Assembly: GCA_030153785.1 (NCBI GenBank)
Contig: JASKLF010000005.1
Coordinates: 32,001-96,000 of the forward strand
DNA: 64,000 bases
Direction of reading: 5' to 3'
Source of the DNA: a bacterium
GTDB lineage: Bacteria > Synergistota > GBS-1
Position 1 is the stretch's first letter. Each line of letters opens with the position of its first letter. The translations under genes were made by a program, and so were the position numbers. Shown here in pieces: positions 1 to 9,692 of this stretch. Under the pieces are notes generated by a model. That model saw only the letters and a program-made list of their open reading frames with translations. It had not been told where the DNA came from and searched no databases.

Positions 1-444
1 TGCTCTTGAAATAATAGCGTTTGAAATTGATAGTTCCTTTCCTTCTTCGACTATTTCCTTGAAGTAACTCCTATCTTTCACGTTTATCTTTGCGCCGGCA
101 GTGCTCTCTGCTTTCCCTGTGAGGTCAACTATAAGAACGTCTTCATAGGGCTTGTTTTTTATCCTTGGTGGTAGATAAGTCTTTAGTAGATTGGTCCAGT
201 CCCCGCTTTTTAAGGCGTCTTTTGCCGCATTGGTTCCTGCAAGCCAGCTTACATCACTTATCACGCTTTTCATCCATTCGTCAACTATTTTTGCTCCCTT
301 TTCTGAAATTTCAAGACTCAGGCTTTCGACGATTTCGTCGATGGACGAATCTACCCTTTCTCTTGTTAGTAGTGCTATAGTAGCCGATAAGGCTATTATA
401 GGGATTAAAAGTAAAACGAGTAGCTTGATCCGTACACTTTTCAT
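1..444 (-). CDS. Cache-domain membrane sensor, probably a methyl-accepting chemotaxis protein (5' part only; runs off window)
   Basis: Not in ORF track. Manual translation from ATG at 444: MKSVRIKLLVLLLIPIIALSATIALL (TM) ... INVKDRSYFKEIVEEGKELSISNAIISRA, typical of dCache. SD GAGGAGG upstream; frame open to window edge. Confidence 0.75.
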   Translation of the reverse strand, partial: MKSVRIKLLVLLLIPIIALSATIALLTRERVDSSIDEIVESLSLEISEKGAKIVDEWMKSVISDVSWLAGTNAAKDALKSGDWTNLLKTYLPPRIKNKPYEDVLIVDLTGKAESTAGAKINVKDRSYFKEIVEEGKELSISNAIISRA

Positions 445-551
445 TTTATTCAACCTCCTCCAATATTAAAATTATGTTAAAATTAATTTGTGTCGAAGTT
501 CTTAATTTGTGTTGATTTGGAATTTGAAGCTGGTCAAAACTGACCTTCAAA

Positions 552-580
552 AGTTTATTACTTCTTTAGCCTCTTGTCAA
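552..580 (-). promoter_or_regulatory. sigma70-type promoter for the Cache sensor gene
   Basis: Minus strand TTGACA-17 nt-TAAACT. Confidence 0.55.
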
Positions 581-625
581 TAAATTTTTTATGGGTTATT
601 GTTTTAAAAAGAGGAGGGTTATAGG

Positions 626-2623
626 ATGTTTGAGGGAGAAGAATATAAAAATAATTTATATAAATTGAAAGCCCTTTTGGATTTGGTTCAGGTTATGGTT
701 TTGGTCTTAGATAAGGAAGGCAGGGTGACCTTCATAAATCCGAAGGGGTGTGAGATACTCGGATATAGTGAAGAGGAGATTATCGGTAAGGATTGGTTTA
801 CCAACTTTTTACCCGAGGATATAAGGGAGGGGGTCAAGAGGGTGTTTCAAAAGCTTGTTAACGGGGAGCTTGGGCCTGTGAGATATAATGAAAACCCCGT
901 TCTCACGAAAAAGGGAGAGCAAAGAATCATAGCTTGGCATAACAGCTTTTTGCGGGACGAGCATGGAAATATATCGGAGGTCATAAGCGCGGGAGAGGAC
1001 ATAACGGAGTTAAAGAGCTATATGGTTTCCTTGGGTAACCTGTATGATTTAGCAAGAGAGCTTGTGGAAGGGGAATTAGACTTTGTAGAAAGGGCAAGGA
1101 TTGTTGTTAAAAGATGTGTTGAGAGGTTCGATGCCTATATGTCGCTGATTGGATGGGTTGAGCCCGATGGAAGGGTGAGGCTTGTGGCTCACTACCCCGA
1201 GGGACATCCTTATTTTGATGGCCTTATAGTCCGCTGGGATAAAAGCCCCTATGGAATGGGAAGCGCGGGAAAGGCCATTAGAAGCGGTCTTCCCCAGGTT
1301 GTAGAAGATGTAGAGAGTGATAGCTCTTTCCTCGCTTGGCGGGAGAAAGCCATTTCCGCTAACCTTAAAACGGTGGCATCCTTTCCAATGATGAGTAAGG
1401 GAAGGGTTTATGGAGTTTTGACCCTATACTCCAGAGAGAGGGGATTTTTCACCAAAGGGAGGGTGGAAACCTTCCAAGTGGTTGCAAACATTGCGGCTTC
1501 TTCATTGGAAAACGCTCGGCTTTTTGAGGAATCACGGAAAAGGCTTAGTATGCTTCAGACCTTAAGAAATATAGACAGGACTATAAGCGGTAGCTTAGAT
1601 CCAAGTTTAACGATGAAGGTAGTTCTTGACGAGATTATTAAACAGCTTAATGTTGATGCCGCTTCCATACTCCGCCTCGACCCGTGGACGATGGAGCTAA
1701 GGATTTCTCATGGATGGGGCTTCGCTGTAAAAGAGTTTGAAAAGGCTCGCATAAGGGTGGGAGAGGGAGTAGCTGGTAAGGCTCTTTTGGAGAAAAGGGT
1801 TTTGTGGCTGGAGAGCATAGAGATAGATAACCCGAGAAGCCCCCTTTTAAGGGAGGAAGGTTTTCAAAGTTATTTCGCTGCTCCTCTTATAAGCAAGGGT
1901 AAAAACCTTGGCGTTTTGGAGATATTTAAAAGAAGTCCTATTCACGCTGATGAGGAATGGATAGGCTTCTTAGAGACCTTGGCTGGACAATTGGCCATAG
2001 CGATAGATAACATGGAGCTTTTAAGAAACCTTGAAAATACAAACATAAAGCTTCTTCAGGCCTATGAAGATACCATAGAAAGCTGGGCGAAGGTTTTGGA
2101 GCTCCGTGACAGGGAAACCGAGGGGCATAGTGAGAGGGTGACGGAGCTGACACTCAAAGTGGCTAAAAAGCTTGGCATAGAAGGAGAGGCCCTTGTTCAC
2201 ATTAGAAGGGGAGCTCTTCTTCACGATATTGGCAAGCTTGCTATCCCCGATAGCATACTTTTAAAGCCTGGCCCGCTAAATGCGGAGGAATGGGAGATGA
2301 TGAAGAAGCATCCCGTTTATGCCTATGAGCTTCTTTCGAGGATAGAATATCTAAAACCCGCTTTAGATATCCCCTATTACCATTATGAAAGATGGGATGG
2401 AAGCGGTTATCCTAAGGGGCTGAGGGGTGAAGAAATTCCTCTTCCTGCAAGAATTTTTTCGGTAGTGGACGTTTATGACGCCCTAACAAGCGACCGTCCC
2501 TATCGAAAGGCATGGACGAAGGAGGAAGCTATAAAATACATAAAGGATGAAAGCGGACGGCTCTTCGATCCAAAGGTTGTAAAGGCTTTTCTTGAAGTAT
2601 TAAGGGAGGAGGAAATAAGTTGA
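626..2623 (+). CDS. PAS-GAF-GAF-HD-GYP cyclic dinucleotide phosphodiesterase
   Basis: N-terminal PAS (INPKGCEILGYSEEEIIGKDW), two GAF repeats, then ETEGHSERV, LHDIGK and ERWDGSGYP motifs. SD AGGAGG. Confidence 0.9.
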   Translation: MFEGEEYKNNLYKLKALLDLVQVMVLVLDKEGRVTFINPKGCEILGYSEEEIIGKDWFTNFLPEDIREGVKRVFQKLVNGELGPVRYNENPVLTKKGEQRIIAWHNSFLRDEHGNISEVISAGEDITELKSYMVSLGNLYDLARELVEGELDFVERARIVVKRCVERFDAYMSLIGWVEPDGRVRLVAHYPEGHPYFDGLIVRWDKSPYGMGSAGKAIRSGLPQVVEDVESDSSFLAWREKAISANLKTVASFPMMSKGRVYGVLTLYSRERGFFTKGRVETFQVVANIAASSLENARLFEESRKRLSMLQTLRNIDRTISGSLDPSLTMKVVLDEIIKQLNVDAASILRLDPWTMELRISHGWGFAVKEFEKARIRVGEGVAGKALLEKRVLWLESIEIDNPRSPLLREEGFQSYFAAPLISKGKNLGVLEIFKRSPIHADEEWIGFLETLAGQLAIAIDNMELLRNLENTNIKLLQAYEDTIESWAKVLELRDRETEGHSERVTELTLKVAKKLGIEGEALVHIRRGALLHDIGKLAIPDSILLKPGPLNAEEWEMMKKHPVYAYELLSRIEYLKPALDIPYYHYERWDGSGYPKGLRGEEIPLPARIFSVVDVYDALTSDRPYRKAWTKEEAIKYIKDESGRLFDPKVVKAFLEVLREEEIS

Positions 2624-2649
2624 AGGCCCGGGAAAAGCCTCCCGGGCCT
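2624..2649. terminator. hairpin between convergent genes, probable bidirectional terminator
   Basis: AGGCCCGGGA-aaagcc-TCCCGGGCCT perfect 10-bp stem. Confidence 0.6.
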
Positions 2650-2656
2650 CTGTAGT

Positions 2657-3706
2657 TTACCCCTTTATTTTCCTCGCAAGCTCGGCAAGTTCGGGTGGGT
2701 TTATAACCCTTCCCTTATCGGTTATCTGAAGGTCATCTATCCATACCGAGGAATTTAAGCAGATGCCATCGGTATGGGATGAGGCTGGAACTCCGCCGGG
2801 TATATCGGGGACCAGGCGCGGTCCAATATTTCCTATACCCCATTCTGTGGCTCCCCAAACCCTTTCGTCTTCCACGATGTCTCCCGTGAGCTTTGCGCCC
2901 GGGTTAAAACCATAGGATATATGGGCCAGCTGATACATGTTAGGGTCATTAAAGCTTTTAATCCAATCCTCTAACTCCCTTGCCTCTCTTCCGCCCTCTA
3001 TCTTTACTATTCTTCCCCCTTCGATGGTTAGCTTTATGGGTTCGCGAAGCAGTCCTATAGGCGGGTATATGGAGCCATCGAAGACTATGTATCCGTTTAT
3101 CGTTTCAAGCTTGGGTGTCCAGCTTATCTGCCCGGGAAGCATTCCGTAAGTTCCCTTTGGAATATATCCCGAGTGAACTATGGGTGGTCTTTCGGGGTGG
3201 TTTTCGAATTCTACATCGGTTCCCGCTGGTGTCGTTATCCTCACGCGTTTTCCTTTCATCGTGATTTCCGCTACCATATTCAGGAATCTGGCTAAGGCTT
3301 TTATGTCCACCCTTCCTATAACCCTAACCATCATGTCTGGGTTCATTCCTACAAGGCATATATACCTTATGTTTTTGTTCTCCGATATAACTTTATCGAA
3401 CACCGTGGAATATAATAGCCACTGATAGTTAAACTCTATCCATACATCTACATTGTTTAAGGCGCCGATCAGGGCATCTTGAGGAAGCATTGGGTCTGCA
3501 GCCTTTCCCACTCCCAGGGGGGTGGCAACCCACATGACCAATGGTTTCGCTCCTGTCTCAAAGACCGCTCTTGCCGTTGCATTGACCACGGCTTCACTGG
3601 AAAGGGTATCTGCGGTTATCCCTACCACTTCATCAGGCTGGATATCGAGGATATCTTTAACGAGCTTTCTTGCTGCGAGTCCGAGCTCGAAGTCGTAGGT
3701 ATGCAT
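2657..3706 (-). CDS. M29/aminopeptidase T-like metallohydrolase (often annotated leucyl aminopeptidase; NicX-like clan)
   Basis: RITTPAGTD, LPGQISW, GYIVFDGS, AHISYGFNPGAKLTGDIVEDER, SHTDGICLNSSVWID. Confidence 0.7.
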   Translation of the reverse strand: MHTYDFELGLAARKLVKDILDIQPDEVVGITADTLSSEAVVNATARAVFETGAKPLVMWVATPLGVGKAADPMLPQDALIGALNNVDVWIEFNYQWLLYSTVFDKVISENKNIRYICLVGMNPDMMVRVIGRVDIKALARFLNMVAEITMKGKRVRITTPAGTDVEFENHPERPPIVHSGYIPKGTYGMLPGQISWTPKLETINGYIVFDGSIYPPIGLLREPIKLTIEGGRIVKIEGGREARELEDWIKSFNDPNMYQLAHISYGFNPGAKLTGDIVEDERVWGATEWGIGNIGPRLVPDIPGGVPASSHTDGICLNSSVWIDDLQITDKGRVINPPELAELARKIKG

Positions 3707-3715
3707 GGCAACTTA

Positions 3716-5296
3716 TCACTTCCTTCCGAGTCTTAAGGTGGACCTGAAGAAGCTTACCAGCGTTGCTCCTGCTATGAAGCCAGCCCCAAGAACGTAAAGG
3801 ACGTTTTGCCCTTCCTCTTTGAAGGCTTTTATAACTAAGAGTCTTATTCCTAAGGCTACAAGGACGGTGAAACCTGCTATTGGATATCTTATAAGTAACC
3901 CTGTTGCAAGAAGTATGCCTATTTGCCTGTCCGGTCCGCCGAGCGCCTGAACTATTGCACCGGGGATTGCCCATATTATTAGATATTTTGCTATTTGCGA
4001 ATTAGCTCCAGCTTCTATCGTCTTGGCATATACTCTATCAACGGGAGGAACGAGATCCTGCACCAGGTAGGTTTTGGCCAAGATCGCTACCATAATCGCT
4101 GCTATAACGAGCCCTGTTATTTCGGCAATATACTGCTGTCTCCTTCCCTCCATTTCGAAGGCCTGGTCTTTTCCGTAGCCTCTTATAATCCAACCAGCTT
4201 TAAGGTCGTATCCCATGTCGGCAAAGGCGGGTCCTGTGGAGGCGGTGTATCCTACGAGCAGGCCCAATGCTATAGGTGGAAAGCCCATGAGCATCCCTAT
4301 AGTCAGGAATATCAAAGCTGTCGCGAAGGCCGGAAACCAACCCGCATGCATCGCTGAAAGTCCCACCATAAGCTCGGAGATAATTGCTGCTATGGCAGCA
4401 AATATTATCCACCATATGAAGGTACTTGTTGGCATATCGGTATATAAACCTCCCATAACCGCTATGAGAAGTCCTATACCTATGTAGAGAATGAATCCTT
4501 TGCTGAGCCCGAAGGCGATGTCTCTATCGGGTCTTGATGGCTTGTAGTCCCCCAGCTCCTCTTTAACGGCTTCTTTTTTCTTGGTGAGAATGATTATTAT
4601 TTGAATTAAGGCTGTTACACCTGCTCCTATCATTATTCCGTGAGGCACATAATATTGGTTAATATCAACGCCAAAGAGCTTTGTAGAGTATCCCCTCAGT
4701 ATAAGGCCTATTCCAAACATGGCTAATGCCCACATGTTTCCTATCCATGCAACTCCGGCGACGTCAGCGGGAATTCCAAAGTATGCTAACGTTCCACCGC
4801 CGATCATCCCGTAAATTAGATAGAGCGCTCTTTTACCCTTTTGAGCTGCGGCGAGAAGAGTTTCAGCTGTGGCTATGCCCGGTGGCCATGGATTTTTAGC
4901 CGGGAAAATCCTTGTGTCAAAGAGCCAGTAGATAATTGTCATGTCCACTACCGCTCCCAAGAAGGCACCTATGAGCATGGGCATAACGAGGTCGGGCCTT
5001 TTAAGGAGCCAAGGTATAGCGGCGGGTAGGAATATGGCGTTTGCCGCTCCAAAGGTGGCTCCTGAAATGGTTGTCTGAACAAGGTTTTGTCTGTTGATGT
5101 CGAGGAATTTTTGTAAGGCGATAATGGGAAGCCTTGCAAGTATTATGGCTATTAAGGCACCTATTATGGAAGTATTCGTTGATATACCGAGGCGGGTGAT
5201 AAGCTCAAGTCCTATGATGGTTCCAAATACGGCCATGGCTATGTTGAGTATCAATACTGAAGGTTCAAGCGCCGATGGGTGTCTTTTCCCTTCCAT
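3716..5296 (-). CDS. OPT/YSL-family oligopeptide transporter
   Basis: Polytopic membrane protein with QNLVQTTISGA, WPPGIATAETL and AFADMGYDLKAG motifs. Confidence 0.8.
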   Translation of the reverse strand: MEGKRHPSALEPSVLILNIAMAVFGTIIGLELITRLGISTNTSIIGALIAIILARLPIIALQKFLDINRQNLVQTTISGATFGAANAIFLPAAIPWLLKRPDLVMPMLIGAFLGAVVDMTIIYWLFDTRIFPAKNPWPPGIATAETLLAAAQKGKRALYLIYGMIGGGTLAYFGIPADVAGVAWIGNMWALAMFGIGLILRGYSTKLFGVDINQYYVPHGIMIGAGVTALIQIIIILTKKKEAVKEELGDYKPSRPDRDIAFGLSKGFILYIGIGLLIAVMGGLYTDMPTSTFIWWIIFAAIAAIISELMVGLSAMHAGWFPAFATALIFLTIGMLMGFPPIALGLLVGYTASTGPAFADMGYDLKAGWIIRGYGKDQAFEMEGRRQQYIAEITGLVIAAIMVAILAKTYLVQDLVPPVDRVYAKTIEAGANSQIAKYLIIWAIPGAIVQALGGPDRQIGILLATGLLIRYPIAGFTVLVALGIRLLVIKAFKEEGQNVLYVLGAGFIAGATLVSFFRSTLRLGRK

Positions 5297-5311
5297 CTTC
5301 TACCACTCCCT

Positions 5312-6280
5312 TCATATTAGGAGCTTGCCCTCTCTCATGAGGGGCTTTCCATCCACAATTACTGTCGGGCTTTTTACTATTCCATCGAGGTGAATTGGAG
5401 CTCTTACGGTTCCTCCAAAATCTATGTTGCTTCCTAGCGCTATATGAATGGTTCCTAAGACCTTTTCATCTTCAAGGATGTTACCGCTTATCATGGCCTG
5501 TGGATTGGTCCCAATCCCGAACTCTCCAATGTTTCTTGCTTCCTCACCGTATCCTGAAAGTATTTCTTTGAGTTTCTCTGCTTCTTCCTGTCCCTCAATA
5601 TCTTTTACCTTTCCATCTTTTATAATAAGTTTTATAGGATTCTTAAGCAATCCTATTCCCGCCATGGAGCCATCTATTACGACTATCCCCTCCGCCGTCC
5701 CTTCTACCGGTGCTATGAAGGCTTCAGCTCCAGGGATGTTCCCACATTCGCCAACCCTTTTGTAGATGCCCGTGCTTCTCTTAGCCTGCCTTTCGGTTAT
5801 ATAGAACTTCAAGTTTGTTCCTGAAGAAGTTAATATTTCAACCCTTTCCCCTCTATCAAGTATCTCTGCCACCCTATTCGTTATCTGAAGTATCTCTTCA
5901 TAATTGACCTTTAAGGTTCTTATAAAGATCTCCTCGGTTATTCCCGGTAAGGTTGCGACCCTCGTTCCTCTCTCGCAGGCCTCCTTTTTGGCGAGGGTGT
6001 GGGTTATGGATTTGGATGTTGGTGCTAAAACCACATCAGAGGATTTCATCGCTTCGGCTATAGGGGGAGGGGGCTCTTCGCCGTGCATCTTTCTTGGTAG
6101 CATTTCCATGTAAATTGCTTCTGTGCCAAGCTCTTTTGCTTTTAACCACAGGTGAACCCCTATGTTTCTTTTCTCCTCGTCGGTTATGATGGATACTATT
6201 TCACCTTCTTTCACTCCCATACAATCCTTTAAAGCCACTTCACAGGCTTCGTAAAGCTCCTTATCTATCTCGATTTTCAA
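5312..6280 (-). CDS. M29-family aminopeptidase (thermophilic metalloprotease)
   Basis: GNIPGAEAFIAP, IGEFGIGTN, ILEDEKVLGTIHIALG, IHLDGI. Confidence 0.85.
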   Translation of the reverse strand: MKIEIDKELYEACEVALKDCMGVKEGEIVSIITDEEKRNIGVHLWLKAKELGTEAIYMEMLPRKMHGEEPPPPIAEAMKSSDVVLAPTSKSITHTLAKKEACERGTRVATLPGITEEIFIRTLKVNYEEILQITNRVAEILDRGERVEILTSSGTNLKFYITERQAKRSTGIYKRVGECGNIPGAEAFIAPVEGTAEGIVVIDGSMAGIGLLKNPIKLIIKDGKVKDIEGQEEAEKLKEILSGYGEEARNIGEFGIGTNPQAMISGNILEDEKVLGTIHIALGSNIDFGGTVRAPIHLDGIVKSPTVIVDGKPLMREGKLLI

Positions 6281-6942
6281 GCTTTCTCACCTCCCAAAAG
6301 TTCGCCTATAACTCTTGCTATGAGCGTTCGTGGCAGGAGGATGGGTCTTCCTGTAAGTTCTCTTAGTATCCTTTTAACGTTCAGGTTATATCCTATGCAG
6401 TCCAATACTATGAGGTCACAATTTTTAAGTTCCCCGGCCATCCTTATAAGCTCCTCTTCCTTTCCACTGTAGGGAGAGATACTCCCTATAGTAATTTCTT
6501 TTGCCTTTCCTTCCCATTTTCTTAGGGTCATTTCTTCCTGTCTTGGATCTGGTATCAGTATGCCGAGCCTGTTTACATTTAGGGACTCAACCGTCTTTGC
6601 TAAGAGATTTGACGGTTCAATCAATATCTTCTTTGAGCTGATCTCTTTAAACTCTCCCGTGCAAAGTAAACCTATTATATCAACCTTATCCTCTATTTTC
6701 TTTACACACTCTTTTAAGCTTCGTGTTATAAGATTACCGTTTAGCTTTACCTCTCTCCCATCTCTGAGCCTGCTTACCAACACGGGGTCTCCTTCTTTCG
6801 GCGAAAGGGATTCTATTTCCTCGAGGGATAAGCCATCTAAAGCTCCAATCTCAAGTATTTCCACATCGCCAAGGTAAGGCTTCATCTCTGGAACTACGTC
6901 TACCCTTGGAGATTGACCTATGGTTATAAAACCGACCTTCAC
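6277..6942 (-). CDS. AroM family protein
   Basis: GFITIGQSPRVDV, LVSRLRDG, LLCTGEF, LDCIGY. Confidence 0.85.
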   Translation of the reverse strand: MKVGFITIGQSPRVDVVPEMKPYLGDVEILEIGALDGLSLEEIESLSPKEGDPVLVSRLRDGREVKLNGNLITRSLKECVKKIEDKVDIIGLLCTGEFKEISSKKILIEPSNLLAKTVESLNVNRLGILIPDPRQEEMTLRKWEGKAKEITIGSISPYSGKEEELIRMAGELKNCDLIVLDCIGYNLNVKRILRELTGRPILLPRTLIARVIGELLGGEKA

Positions 6943-7877
6943 CTTTTGATTCCTCCCATTTCCTGAAGATGGTTCATGGGACCATAAAGCTCGATAAGCC
7001 TCCTAAATTCCTCTTCATCATAAAATCTTATCTTTTTTCTTCCAAATTCCTTTGCTACCTCTATGCAGAATCTTCCAGCAAGCTCTATGTCGATCGCTTG
7101 ACTCGCTCCTGTTGCACAGCCTGGAACTGGTATTTCCGATGTTATGGCTACGCCTACCACGGGGGCATTTGTTGCTGTTGCAGGTTGCATGATGCTGTTT
7201 ATGTGGTAAATTCCATTCCCATAAGGGGTTATATCCTGCATCGTTATTGGAACAACGGCGGGCATCCTCCCTGTAACATATCCCATTATGTTTAAAAGGT
7301 CTTCGCTAACCCTTAATATCCATCCTTCCTTTACTGTAGGGGTGATGGCGAAGCCTTTTACGTTTATTATCCTGTTTCCTCTCGTGGTGTCTATCGAGAG
7401 AATCGCGTCCATCCGGGGATCCACCTCGAACCTGTTCATCGTGGCCATATCTACGGGTGAGCCCATGAAGGGAACGGGCTCATGTTTTTGAGTTGGAGCG
7501 TTGGGACAGATGTGAGTCGCGATTATAACATCGCCGTCAAGGATATCTCCGTTTTTAATCATATCGGCCATCTTTAAGGCTATAGCTATGGCTGTTATAG
7601 CTCCATCTGCATCGGAGACCAGTCCGATTCTTTCGGGTCTTGCTCCTATACCTCCAAGCCTACCTATTATTCCAAGGGTGGGAGCGTTTCCGTCAGAGGA
7701 CTTTCCCATTCTCCCGGGTATAAAAACTTTTATGAAGTCTGTCATTCCCTTTTCTCCCTTTATGGTTTTAACCTCCGTGGTTTTTAATCCTCTTTCAGTC
7801 AGAACTTCCTTTACTCTTTCTCCGTTAACATAGGCACTATCAAGAAGCTCAAAGGCTTCTATGACTTGCTTTAACAC
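6939..7877 (-). CDS. DUF1177 family protein
   Basis: TLGIIGRLGGIGARPERIGLVSDADGA, HINSIMQP; typical context with AroM and DUF917. Confidence 0.8.
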   Translation of the reverse strand: MLKQVIEAFELLDSAYVNGERVKEVLTERGLKTTEVKTIKGEKGMTDFIKVFIPGRMGKSSDGNAPTLGIIGRLGGIGARPERIGLVSDADGAITAIAIALKMADMIKNGDILDGDVIIATHICPNAPTQKHEPVPFMGSPVDMATMNRFEVDPRMDAILSIDTTRGNRIINVKGFAITPTVKEGWILRVSEDLLNIMGYVTGRMPAVVPITMQDITPYGNGIYHINSIMQPATATNAPVVGVAITSEIPVPGCATGASQAIDIELAGRFCIEVAKEFGRKKIRFYDEEEFRRLIELYGPMNHLQEMGGIKR

Positions 7878-8962
7878 ACGCTTTCACCTCCTAAAATTTT
7901 CTTGCCAGTTATCTTCTCTACTTCTCTCAAGACTTCTGGGTCCTTGACTCCCGCTCCTAAAATTATGCTCTCTTTAGGTATTGCCAGAAGAAGGGCTTCC
8001 ATATTTTCCTTAATCTCTGCGGAGGTTAGGGGTATGGATTCTTCCATTTCTATAAGTGATATTAAATCGGGAAACGTGGCTAACCTTTCTCCATCTGAAC
8101 TTTCTAAAGTCATAAACTCGTTCCAGAAGGTGACTTCGTATCTATCTTTCTCTCCCTGTGCGATTACCTTACCTACATCAAACCCTCCCTCCGTCTTAAG
8201 GGAGACTTCCATTATTCTTACTTTATCCACTATTTTACCATTGCCTAAATACTCGATTATTTTCTCTGAGAGTTTGTAGGTTTCCCCCTTGTATTTTTTC
8301 ATGAACCCTCCTATTTCTATCGCCTGTGTCATGGCTCCAATTGCTCCGTTTTCTTTTACATAGTTCCTTTTAACGGGGTTCCTCGTTACGGCAACCAAAC
8401 CTCCAGCTTGAACCGCCGCTTCTCTCACCATTCTCGAGGCCCTTATGAGGTTTCCTTTAACCAGTATTTCTATGTACCTTCCTTCTTCCTCGCTTCCTCC
8501 CACCGCTGACTGAAGGGACACGAAATCCTTTAACCTGTGTAGTCCCATGGCTCCCATTATTCCCGTTGGGTGAGCTCTTCCATCTGCCGGCGCATCAACT
8601 ATTGGTATTCCCGTTAATGCTGAGACTATCCATCCATTGATCGTTGAATATCCTCCGTTTTCTGAAGATACGATGCCTGTTATCTCTCCCTTGAAAGATT
8701 CTTTTAGAATTTGAAACGATTTAAGCATGTGTGAGGGAAGCACGAGCTTCTCCTTGGCGGCTGGAGCGCCGACCATTGAGGCGGTGACTAAATAGCCATC
8801 TTCAGGAAGAGAGTCTATATCTATTAACCTTATTTCACCCAGGCTTAACGCCAGCCTTGCATGAGAAAGCCCTAACTTAAAATCCCCGCCTCCGCCACCG
8901 CCTAAGAAGGCTCCTCCTAAGACGGCGGCCTCGGCTATGTCCTCGTTAACTTTCAAAATCAT
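7871..8962 (-). CDS. DUF917 family protein (S-methyl-thiohydantoin desulfurase-like)
   Basis: GGAFLGGGGGG, MVGAP, SSENGG, VDAPADGRAHP, FWNEFM, ATFPDLI. Confidence 0.8.
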   Translation of the reverse strand: MILKVNEDIAEAAVLGGAFLGGGGGGDFKLGLSHARLALSLGEIRLIDIDSLPEDGYLVTASMVGAPAAKEKLVLPSHMLKSFQILKESFKGEITGIVSSENGGYSTINGWIVSALTGIPIVDAPADGRAHPTGIMGAMGLHRLKDFVSLQSAVGGSEEEGRYIEILVKGNLIRASRMVREAAVQAGGLVAVTRNPVKRNYVKENGAIGAMTQAIEIGGFMKKYKGETYKLSEKIIEYLGNGKIVDKVRIMEVSLKTEGGFDVGKVIAQGEKDRYEVTFWNEFMTLESSDGERLATFPDLISLIEMEESIPLTSAEIKENMEALLLAIPKESIILGAGVKDPEVLREVEKITGKKILGGESVC

Positions 8963-8965
8963 TTT

Positions 8966-9637
8966 TTATCCCTCCCAGCATTTAAGCCTTCTTAAGGTGT
9001 AAAGGGCGATCGCTCCCGAGGCTATTACTGCATCTATCACGGGAAGTTTAAGGCTCTTCTCTAAAAACGGAGCGAGGCCTATCGTGGAGTATCCTGTGCA
9101 GGCAAAGGCTATCGCTTCGGCTCCTTTTTCTCTTAATTTTCCCGCGGCTTCTAAGGCTCTCTCTTTACCCCAGTCGCTTAGAAGGTCCAAGGTGTTTTTA
9201 ACTCCCTCAGGGTTTGCTTCAGCGATCAGGTTATCCTTTAGTATCTCTTTAAATACCTTTGGAGTTCTTTCTGTGAGATTTAAAACCCCGATTTTTCTTC
9301 CGCAAGCTAATGCCATTAGCGCTGAAGAGGTTCCCGCTCCTATGATGGGTATCTTCGATATCTTTCTGGCTTCATCGATCGCTGGGTCTGCAGCACAGCT
9401 TATAATTATCCCTTCAACCTCCTCTTGGAAGTCCTGAACCAGCCTTAGAATTTTGGGTTTGGCTATTTTTTCCGTTTCCTCATCGTATATACCCTTCGGC
9501 TGGTCTTCGATACATTTGCTTACCACCTTTACTTCTGGGAAGGCCCTTTCTATCAGCCTTCCATGAAAGTTTAGAAGCTCTTCGTTTTCTATGGTTACAA
9601 CCCTTATCAAACCGATTTTGTGCTTTATCAAGGGCAA
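8966..9637 (-). CDS. Asp/Glu/hydantoin racemase family protein
   Basis: Two catalytic-Cys motifs IISCAADP and FACTG, plus PVIDAV. Confidence 0.8.
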   Translation of the reverse strand: MPLIKHKIGLIRVVTIENEELLNFHGRLIERAFPEVKVVSKCIEDQPKGIYDEETEKIAKPKILRLVQDFQEEVEGIIISCAADPAIDEARKISKIPIIGAGTSSALMALACGRKIGVLNLTERTPKVFKEILKDNLIAEANPEGVKNTLDLLSDWGKERALEAAGKLREKGAEAIAFACTGYSTIGLAPFLEKSLKLPVIDAVIASGAIALYTLRRLKCWEG

Positions 9638-9692
9638 GCACCTCCACCTTTATTTTACTATTTAGAAACCTTTTCTACAATCTCTTCCAAAA

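Noticed and set aside
165..469. Plus-strand ORFs 165..380 and 191..469
   Set aside because: Antisense shadows of the minus-strand Cache sensor gene, which has an SD and recognisable motifs.
445..625. c-di-GMP riboswitch between the signalling genes
   Set aside because: I could not find the GEMM architecture (GGCAAA-type P2, GNRA loop/receptor); only a simple hairpin.
2937..9437. Many plus-strand ORFs rich in Ser/Pro/Ile/Phe opposite the peptide operon, and similar antisense ORFs throughout the window
   Set aside because: Typical reverse-complement shadows of purine-rich genes; no SDs or motifs.
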